A stretch of DNA of 64,000 bases. Source: Oscillospiraceae bacterium. GTDB taxonomy: Bacteria > Bacillota > Clostridia > Oscillospirales > Acutalibacteraceae. The notes beneath the pieces are model-generated. The model was not told the origin of the DNA. It saw nothing but the letters and a program-made list of their open reading frames with translations, and did not search any database. Below, piece after piece: positions 9,586 to 16,409 of this stretch. Where the stretch lies: assembly GCA_015066325.1 (NCBI GenBank), contig SVOP01000001.1, forward strand, positions 1,668 to 65,667, written 5' to 3'. A program made the translations under genes and the position numbers. How positions within the stretch are numbered: the first letter of the stretch is position 1; each line of letters starts with the position of its first letter.

Positions 9586-10319
9586 TTCTTCAAATCCTCG
9601 AGAACTTCAATCATTTCATCCCATTCCTTGATATACAAATGGTCGCATTGGGGTTGTCTTTCATTTACTCGGTCTATGTAATCCTTGTCAATTGAATTAT
9701 CATACCACACAGGAAAAATTCCAATCTGTGCCGCACCTTCAACATCATTCTGTGGATTGTCACCGCAATACCAAACCTCTTCAGCAGAAAGACCTGATTT
9801 TTGAAGAGCAATATCAAATAATATGCGGTTAGGCTTACAAATAAAATAATCACTTGATGTCATAACGAATTCAAACTTATTATTTGGCAGGAGTCTGTCA
9901 AGTCTTTTTGTAAGAGCTTCACCCGACCATAAAAGATTGCTTATAACTGCAGTTCTAATTCCATTTTCGTTAAGATAATCAAGAATTTTGTCTGCATTTG
10001 GCATAATTGCACCTATTGATGCATTATCCCAAAACACTGTTTCCGTTTCCACGGGAGTAAGAGAAAACTCAATACCAAGATAATCATAAAGAGTTTTGTT
10101 AGCATTTTGTCCGCTGATGTCGTAACCAAGCTTGCGCACATTTGTAACATGCTCACCGAAGATAAGTTCTGCACCTTTGGTTATATCTTCAACCGTACAA
10201 TTGTTAGGATTCTTAACAGCATATTTTAAAAGAGCTTCGTTACCTCGGTCAGTATTCCAATCAGGTTCATATAAAAGAGTGTGACCGTAATCAAAAATTA
10301 CCATTTTAGGATAGTTCAT
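9582..10319 (-). CDS. HAD superfamily hydrolase (subfamily IA-like)
   Basis: Motif I VIFDYGHTLL, motif II AVISN, and motif IV YCGDNPQNDVEGA. Confidence 0.75.
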   Translation of the reverse strand: MNYPKMVIFDYGHTLLYEPDWNTDRGNEALLKYAVKNPNNCTVEDITKGAELIFGEHVTNVRKLGYDISGQNANKTLYDYLGIEFSLTPVETETVFWDNASIGAIMPNADKILDYLNENGIRTAVISNLLWSGEALTKRLDRLLPNNKFEFVMTSSDYFICKPNRILFDIALQKSGLSAEEVWYCGDNPQNDVEGAAQIGIFPVWYDNSIDKDYIDRVNERQPQCDHLYIKEWDEMIEVLEDLKK

Positions 10320-10332
10320 AATTTTTCTCCCG

Positions 10333-10830
10333 TTATTTCACTTCAAAATACAATACGCTTGCCTCTGTACCATCACCGAAAGGCTCATCACCTATGCAAA
10401 GCTCAAAATTGCTATCATGCATCTTTGCAACTTTGTTCCATAAAATAGTGCTTGCAATATTATTTTTGTGATACTTTATGTGCCAAAAGCCCTTATGAAC
10501 ATTAAAAATCTGTCTGACAGCTTCTGTTGCTACTCCTTGACGCCTAAAATTATACGAAACAAAAAACTCTGCCATTGACCAATCAATAGGTCTTTCGCAT
10601 TCTTTATACTTGTTAATCAAAGCAAATCCGGCAAGAATTTCATCAACATAAATAAAATAAGCATATCTGCTTTCTTCTGTAAAATAGTTGTTTAAATATT
10701 TATATCCGAACAAGCCATTGCTGTTGAACTGTCTTTTATCGTACTGAGAAAATTCATAGTTGTATTTTTCGAGAAGATTTGCAAGGGTATCTTTTTCGCT
10801 CAATGTTACTTTTTTGATCGTTGTATTCAT
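10333..10830 (-). CDS. GNAT family N-acetyltransferase; first gene of the array
   Basis: FFVSYNFRRQGVATEAV matches motif A. AGGAG lies 9 nt upstream of the ATG. Confidence 0.75.
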   Translation of the reverse strand: MNTTIKKVTLSEKDTLANLLEKYNYEFSQYDKRQFNSNGLFGYKYLNNYFTEESRYAYFIYVDEILAGFALINKYKECERPIDWSMAEFFVSYNFRRQGVATEAVRQIFNVHKGFWHIKYHKNNIASTILWNKVAKMHDSNFELCIGDEPFGDGTEASVLYFEVK

Positions 10831-10846
10831 TGTACTTGTTGCTCCT

Positions 10847-10887
10847 ATAAAAAATTAAGGCACCTCCATTAGAATACGGAGATGCCT
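10847..10887 (-). terminator. Leader (attenuator) terminator immediately upstream of the GNAT start codon
   Basis: Minus strand reads AGGCATCTCC-GTATTCTAAT-GGAGGTGCCT (10-bp stem with one G.U pair), followed by TAATTTTTTA. It sits between a promoter and the first gene's SD, not after a gene. Confidence 0.55.
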
Positions 10888-10915
10888 GTAAGTTTGTGCT
10901 GAAAGATATATTACA

Positions 10916-10972
10916 TCAAATACAAACGGACAAAACGGCTCTCCTGTTTCGGAAATTAAGATTCATTGTCAT
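10916..10972 (-). CDS. Candidate 18-codon leader peptide (MTMNLNFRNRRAVLSVCI)
   Basis: AGGTGG lies 5 nt upstream of the ATG. The ORF lies wholly inside the 5' leader, and its codons form both arms of the alternative pairings described in the findings. Confidence 0.35.
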   Translation of the reverse strand: MTMNLNFRNRRAVLSVCI

Positions 10973-11004
10973 TTTGTCCACCTGCCTTTCAGTAATTTGC
11001 TATG

Positions 11005-11033
11005 ATTATACTCTTATGTATCAAGAAAGTCAA
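11005..11033 (-). promoter_or_regulatory. Sigma-70-type promoter for the minus-strand array
   Basis: Minus strand reads TTGACT (plus 11028-11033), a 17-nt spacer, then TATAAT (plus 11005-11010). Confidence 0.5.
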
Positions 11034-11118
11034 TGTTTTGAAATAGGTGTTATGTATAAATTAGTTCAGATATAACAACTTCAATTGACCTTGCTTCAAT
11101 ATTTTGCATACGGCATAC

Positions 11119-11235
11119 TCAATTAAGCTGATTCTCTGCTTTAAGTTGCTTGGTTACACCTTCTGCTTCTTTCATCTGAGCCGCAAGAGTTTCAAACATA
11201 TCTCGTGCTTGATTGTTTATCCTAGCACAGTGTCG
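11119..11235 (-). pseudogene. Possible TnpV-like (transposon-associated protein) internal fragment
   Basis: Minus strand translates ...QARDMFETLAAQMKEAEGVTKQLKAENQLN*. From memory, this resembles the (A/Q)EGVTEQLKAENQ segment of clostridial TnpV-family proteins. It is short, has no proper start, and ends prematurely. Confidence 0.3.
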
Positions 11236-11255
11236 ATTCCCCAATTTCAGTAATG

Positions 11256-11284
11256 TTGACATAACATAACTTTTGTGTTAAAAT
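11256..11284 (+). promoter_or_regulatory. Sigma-70-type promoter (extended -10) for the XRE/ASCH/HNH operon
   Basis: TTGACA (11256-11261), a 17-nt spacer, then TGtTAAAAT (-10 at 11279-11284). ATAACAT-type half-sites flank it (ATGTTGACATAACAT; ATGTTCTATGTAATATAACAT). Confidence 0.55.
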
Positions 11285-11322
11285 GTTCTATGTAATATAA
11301 CATATAACAAGGAGACAAAATA

Positions 11323-11706
11323 ATGCCCAAAAAGAACTTTGATAGCAAAAAGGAGCAAAAACAACAATTAGGAGCGATGTTGGCTCTTTGCAGAGGCAAA
11401 AGAAGTTTACGCGAAATTGCCCGTGCAATTGAAATTCCTGCATCAAATCTTAGTTATATTGAAAAAGGCATTAATGCTCCTAGCCCAGAAGTATACGAAA
11501 AAATCATCTTGGAATTGGAACCTTCCGATAAGAAGCGTCAAGAAATGGATGCTTTGTATAGCTGTATTAGAGATCTTCCACCACCTGATGTGTGCGAAAT
11601 ACTTGTTGCTAACAACGGACTCAATAATTCACTTCGTTTGCTCGGGAACAAACATGTTTCTAACGATATGCTTATACAAATCAACAAATTGTTTGCATCG
11701 TTATGA
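11323..11706 (+). CDS. XRE-family helix-turn-helix regulator (candidate regulator or antitoxin)
   Basis: HTH segment SLREIARAIEIPASNLSYIEKGINAPS. AAGGAGA SD. It lies 15 nt upstream of the 620-aa gene. Confidence 0.8.
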   Translation: MPKKNFDSKKEQKQQLGAMLALCRGKRSLREIARAIEIPASNLSYIEKGINAPSPEVYEKIILELEPSDKKRQEMDALYSCIRDLPPPDVCEILVANNGLNNSLRLLGNKHVSNDMLIQINKLFASL

Positions 11707-11721
11707 TAAGGGAGAAATAAT

Positions 11722-13584
11722 ATGAAGACATATTACTTGAAAATTAGAGATAAATTCATCGGCGAAATCAATGCCGGAAATAAAAAACATGAATACAGAT
11801 TAGCATCCCCAGAAAGAACGCAAGTAAAAGTGGGCGATACCTTGGTTTTGGTTTCTAATCAAAACAAAGCTGTGTTTGTAAAAACCACCGTAAAAGGTAT
11901 AAGAATTTTTCCTGGTTGGAGAGAAGCTTTGGAAGATAATTGGCAACAAGATTTTCAAAACTTATATACCACAATTGATGAAGCATTGCGGGAATGTTAT
12001 AAGTTTTATCCCAAAGATGAAGTCGATACCTACGGTATTATCGTTTATGAAATTGAACCGCTTAAAATGAACATCTTACAATCAAGTATCCTTATTGATA
12101 CTAATATCATAATCAAAAGAGAAAGCAGCAATAATGTAACCTTCGAAATTGCCAGTCTGTTTAATTGGTTTGCTAAAAAAGGTTCCGCAATTTTCGTTCA
12201 TGAGCGTTCCAAAGAGGAACTCTCTAATCACCGTGATGAAGCGGTCAAAAACAATATGCTTACAAAACTGAAGTCGTATAACATCTTACCTGCGTTCACA
12301 CATCAACCGGACAATTATTTTGAAGCTGTTATTTCTCAGTATGTAAAAGATCAAAACGGAATTATTGACAATGCTTTATTGCGTGAGGTGTATGACGGTA
12401 ATGTCGGCATACTTCTAACGGATGACAACCTTATTTTGAGGAAGGCACAGGAGTTATACATACGGGATAGAGTCCTTACATCAGCGGAACTTTTGTCATG
12501 GTTTGAAACCTGTGACCCAAAAAACATTGAATATAAAATGTTGGCAGTTACATTAAGCGAATTTGGCGATATAGATTTAAACTCTTCATTTTTTGATACA
12601 TTGAGAGAGGATTACGAAGGGATTGCTTTTGATAATTGGTTCAAGAAAAAAGCCCGTAATAAAGAAAAGGCATATATATTCAAAAACGAATCCGGGCTGT
12701 TACAAGGCTTTTTATACCTCAAAGACGAGTACGAGGATGAACCCGACTATTTGAAAGTAACACCGCCACTCGCGCCCAAGCGTAGAATGAAGGTAGGAAC
12801 ATTTAAAATTGAGCAAACCGGCTTCCGTCTCGGCGAACGCTTCTTAAAAATTATTTTCGACAATGCAAGAAGCCGCAAGGTCGATGAAATTTATGTTACT
12901 CTGTTTGAAAATAAGCGCGAAGGTGTCAAACGGTTGAAGTTGTTAATGGAAGAATGGGGATTCCGCAAGCATGGCTATAAACCGAATGGAGAACTTGTTC
13001 TTGTAAAAACAATGGAAACATACGATTCTAACGAAAGTCCTAAATTTAACTATCCGCTTCTAAAATCCACATCTAATTGCTATTTCCTTCCGATATATGC
13101 CCGATATCATACCGACCTATTTCCCGATATGATATTAAAAAATGAGGATATGCATTTGTATGAAGACAAAAAGGCTCATCGATATGCTTTAGAGAAAATC
13201 TATCTTTCAGGTTCTTTCAATGTGCCTGCTAATCCTGGAGATCTGTTTGTAATATATCGAATAGCAGAAAGAGGCCCGAAAAAGTATACTTCGGTTATAA
13301 CCGGCATCGCTATCATCGAAAGTATAATCAAAACAAAAACAGCTGATGAGTGTGTAGCTATATGTAAAAACCGCTCTGTATTTACCGAAGAAGAAATCAG
13401 GGAAATGCATAAGACTCGTCCAATTGTTATTAAATTACTCGATTATATGCCTTTTACTACAAAAGTAACTTTGGATGAATTGCAAAAGCAAGGGATAGTA
13501 CCTAAAAATTCTGGTGCCCGTCCGTTTGATTTAATTACGAAAGAACAATTCGATATTATATACAAATTAGGAATGGAGAAATGA
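11722..13584 (+). CDS. Multidomain protein: ASCH (PUA-like), then PIN nuclease, then GNAT-like, then an unassigned C-terminal domain
   Basis: Residues 1-115 look ASCH-like (LKIRDKFIGEINAGNKKHEYRL...VGDTLVLV). Residues about 120-260 look PIN-like (ILIDTNIII ... LLTDDNLILRKA). Residues about 285-440 look GNAT-like (FFDTLREDYEGIAFDNWFKKKA ... GFRLGERFLKIIFDNA ... LMEEWGF). Residues about 450-620 are beta-rich and unassigned (PGDLFVIYRI...SVITGIAIIESI). Confidence 0.6.
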   Translation: MKTYYLKIRDKFIGEINAGNKKHEYRLASPERTQVKVGDTLVLVSNQNKAVFVKTTVKGIRIFPGWREALEDNWQQDFQNLYTTIDEALRECYKFYPKDEVDTYGIIVYEIEPLKMNILQSSILIDTNIIIKRESSNNVTFEIASLFNWFAKKGSAIFVHERSKEELSNHRDEAVKNNMLTKLKSYNILPAFTHQPDNYFEAVISQYVKDQNGIIDNALLREVYDGNVGILLTDDNLILRKAQELYIRDRVLTSAELLSWFETCDPKNIEYKMLAVTLSEFGDIDLNSSFFDTLREDYEGIAFDNWFKKKARNKEKAYIFKNESGLLQGFLYLKDEYEDEPDYLKVTPPLAPKRRMKVGTFKIEQTGFRLGERFLKIIFDNARSRKVDEIYVTLFENKREGVKRLKLLMEEWGFRKHGYKPNGELVLVKTMETYDSNESPKFNYPLLKSTSNCYFLPIYARYHTDLFPDMILKNEDMHLYEDKKAHRYALEKIYLSGSFNVPANPGDLFVIYRIAERGPKKYTSVITGIAIIESIIKTKTADECVAICKNRSVFTEEEIREMHKTRPIVIKLLDYMPFTTKVTLDELQKQGIVPKNSGARPFDLITKEQFDIIYKLGMEK

Positions 13585-13961
13585 TTGACATGAAAAGAAA
13601 AATACTTATATCTATAAATCCCGAACATGTTCAAAACATCATTGCAGGGATAAAGAAATACGAGTATCGCAAAATCGCTGCTAAACAAGATATATCGTCT
13701 ATAATAATTTATGAAACGACGCCCATAAAACGAATAGTAGCAGAAGCTGAAATTATTGATGTATTAGAACTGCCCCCCGAGGAACTTTGGGAACAGACGA
13801 AAAACGAATCGGGCATTAGCAAAGCATTCTTTGATAGATATTTCGCCAACAGAACGGTAGCGTTTGCTTATAAATTAGGGGAAATCAAAGTATATGATAC
13901 GCCAAGAACATTACTGGATTACGGCATTAAAGCAGCGCCGCAATCATTTGTATATGTCTGA
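13581..13961 (+). CDS. Stand-alone ASCH domain protein
   Basis: ILISINPEHVQNIIAGIKKYEYRK is the classic ASCH N-terminal strand-helix-strand. ATGA overlaps the upstream gene. An alternative ATG at 13590 has better SD spacing. Confidence 0.75.
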   Translation: MIDMKRKILISINPEHVQNIIAGIKKYEYRKIAAKQDISSIIIYETTPIKRIVAEAEIIDVLELPPEELWEQTKNESGISKAFFDRYFANRTVAFAYKLGEIKVYDTPRTLLDYGIKAAPQSFVYV

Positions 13962-13963
13962 TT

Positions 13964-14779
13964 ATGAGATGTATTTTCTGTGGGAATGATTCCTCGTCGT
14001 CAAAAAGCGTAGAACATATTGTACCGGCATCGTTCGGCAATTCTGTTTCAATTTTACCCAAAGGTATCGTATGCGACAAATGCAATAATTATTTTGCACG
14101 TAAAATTGAATCTCCATTTCTTAATTCGGAAGTGGTTCTTCAATTAAGACAAGAGCTCGAGATAAATAATAGAGATGGAAAAGTGGTAAATAGATTTGCC
14201 GACTTGCCTACTAAAAACATAATGCAAATTTCTCAAGATTTACATCTTGTTATGTCGCAAGAAGACAAAACCGAGGAAGAAGTAGAGCAAGCTGTATTTA
14301 AATATCAAAAATACCTCAAAAGAACAGATGAATTACTCATAAAACCTGATTATAATTTATCTCGACTTTTAGCCAAAATGGCTGTGGAGGCTTTTGTATA
14401 TAAATGTCTTGATGATATGAATGTAATTGATTACATTATTGAAGATGAGGCATTTAAAAAGATTCGACAATATGTTCGTTACGGCGGAAATTACATTTGG
14501 GAGTACAACGCTCGGAGAATTTATGCACGCAACGAAGCGTATCACGGTGATGTTACAACCCACATCAATTATGAATTTGATTTTCTATTTACTTCTCAAG
14601 GAAAAGCATATTTTATAATTGTTATGTATGGTATTGAATATGTTATAAATATAATTGATAATACAATATCGGATTACACCGAATGGCTAAAAAATAATCA
14701 CTATATAAGTCCTTTGTATATATCACCTGAACAACGAAAAAAAGAATTTGAAGGATACATGAATTTTTTCGCAAAGTAA
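13964..14779 (+). CDS. HNH endonuclease-domain protein with an unknown C-terminal domain
   Basis: N-terminus CIFCGNDSSSSKSVEHIVPASFGN...GIVCDKCNNYF (CxxC ... EH ... N ... CxxC HNH/zinc-finger layout). It starts 2 nt after the ASCH stop with no SD of its own, which suggests translational coupling. Confidence 0.7.
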   Translation: MRCIFCGNDSSSSKSVEHIVPASFGNSVSILPKGIVCDKCNNYFARKIESPFLNSEVVLQLRQELEINNRDGKVVNRFADLPTKNIMQISQDLHLVMSQEDKTEEEVEQAVFKYQKYLKRTDELLIKPDYNLSRLLAKMAVEAFVYKCLDDMNVIDYIIEDEAFKKIRQYVRYGGNYIWEYNARRIYARNEAYHGDVTTHINYEFDFLFTSQGKAYFIIVMYGIEYVINIIDNTISDYTEWLKNNHYISPLYISPEQRKKEFEGYMNFFAK

Positions 14780-15088
14780 AAATACTACATAGCATCTATT
14801 CGTTATGCAAAATGGGAAACTGATTGAAAAAAATCACGTTATAACAGATGATTCGAATAGATAAAACATGTAGGTTTATAGACCATAGCAAATATTTTTA
14901 CACCAAATAAGATCCTTGAACTTTACCCAATTTATGCGTGGTTATGCAATGATCTCACTGCTTGAAAATGAGAGAAAAAATTGAGAATTTAAAAGTAATA
15001 ATATATTGTTTACATTTAGTCCTGTAAACCGAAAAGAAAAAATTATGAGCCTTCAGTGGTAAATAAATGAAAGCGTTGGAGAATAAAA

Positions 15089-16039
15089 ATGAATAATAAA
15101 ACTAAAAAGAAATACAAAATTGCAAATCAAGCAATTGATAGTGTTAATAGTATAAATAACAGTAGACAACCCAAGCCAGGTTTTCCAACAGTTTTTTTGT
15201 TAGCTTTTACTATTGTTTTTATCATTGTTGTGGTGACAGCACACTGTATTGAATCAATAAGCGAAAAATCTGTTGGTTTTTTATCAAATTTTATAACGAT
15301 TGTAATAACTATAATTATATTTTTTTATACGATCAATAACGAAAAACGTGAAGATTATAAATTAGCCAAAAAGAATGCCGCTATATTGGCACAATCATTA
15401 AATTCTATTATGGCTCAAATCACAATGATTAATAACGGAGAGCGATTTAATATTATTTATCCCTCAGAATTATTAGATTACTATCGCCAGTGTTCAGTAT
15501 ATTTAAAATATGAATACCTTGAGCCTATAATGAGTGAATTGAGTTTTGTAAATCGCATAAATTCTTGTATTGAAAAAAATGACGAAAGCCAAATACAAAT
15601 ATTAATAGATCACAGGAGAAAATGCTTATCTAGATGGAACGATGATTTTAACATTATTGAGGTTTCTTGTAATTTACATGCATTTTCACTAGAACAAGAA
15701 GAACAAAAACCATGGAAAGAACAAAAACAATACAAAGAATTCGACGAGTTTATTTTAAGTAATTATGAAAAGGATATTAAGAAAATTACTTTGAATCGGT
15801 TGAAAGAAATGGACGACGAATGCGATGAATCTATTATGGCAGATTATATTGCCGAACAGTTGTCTAAAGAAATTAAAAAGAAAAATCCAGAATTAACAAA
15901 ACTATTGTATGAAAACCGCGCGTTAACCAAAGCAATATTTAAAGTTTATCTTACTTTAGAGGATAAAGATGGATTTAAACTTTGTTGGGGAATACTATCA
16001 TTAAATAAAAAACAAGTATTGGATTCGAAGTCATCATAG
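15089..16039 (+). CDS. Hypothetical membrane protein (2 N-terminal TM helices plus a roughly 220-aa soluble domain)
   Basis: GGAGA SD. TM segments FPTVFLLAFTIVFIIVVVTAH and FLSNFITIVITIIIFFYTI. Very AT-rich codon usage. I recognise no family. Confidence 0.5.
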   Translation: MNNKTKKKYKIANQAIDSVNSINNSRQPKPGFPTVFLLAFTIVFIIVVVTAHCIESISEKSVGFLSNFITIVITIIIFFYTINNEKREDYKLAKKNAAILAQSLNSIMAQITMINNGERFNIIYPSELLDYYRQCSVYLKYEYLEPIMSELSFVNRINSCIEKNDESQIQILIDHRRKCLSRWNDDFNIIEVSCNLHAFSLEQEEQKPWKEQKQYKEFDEFILSNYEKDIKKITLNRLKEMDDECDESIMADYIAEQLSKEIKKKNPELTKLLYENRALTKAIFKVYLTLEDKDGFKLCWGILSLNKKQVLDSKSS

Positions 16040-16371
16040 CTTTTTTGAGTTTCTTTTTGAGTAATATCAATTAGCACAAGTACCAAATATAATTAAAATA
16101 TTAACCCTTATAATAGCACCAACTTTTGAGCTGTTTGATTGCGACAAAATTGCAAAAAAGCCAATCCAGAAGCAAAAGAGAGAAGAAAAGCATTAGGTGA
16201 ACTCGGCTTTAGTTTATCTGATGAGAAACTCATAGGTCATGATGGCACAGAATATATAAATTATTTTGTTTTACATAAGGATTCAACAAAGTAGTAGATT
16301 TAGTATTTTTAAGTAAAACTCCGACACAGGCAATGTTTTGCGGATATTTACTAAAATGAATTTTTAATTAG

Positions 16372-16400
16372 TTGACAACTCTTTTTAATAGAGTTACTAT
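16372..16400 (+). promoter_or_regulatory. Sigma-70-type promoter for the recombinase gene
   Basis: TTGACA (16372-16377), a 17-nt spacer, then TACTAT (16395-16400). Confidence 0.5.
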
Positions 16401-16409
16401 GCGAGCGAG

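Noticed and set aside
11417-11725. The 102-aa ORF overlapping the XRE gene in another frame
   Set aside because: The XRE frame has a clear HTH motif and an SD. The alternative frame has neither.
14793-14862. The 9-bp inverted repeat CATCTATTCG ... CGAATAGAT downstream of the HNH gene, considered as a terminator or element end
   Set aside because: The arms are about 50 nt apart with no T-run. A match of this size in very AT-rich DNA is weak evidence.
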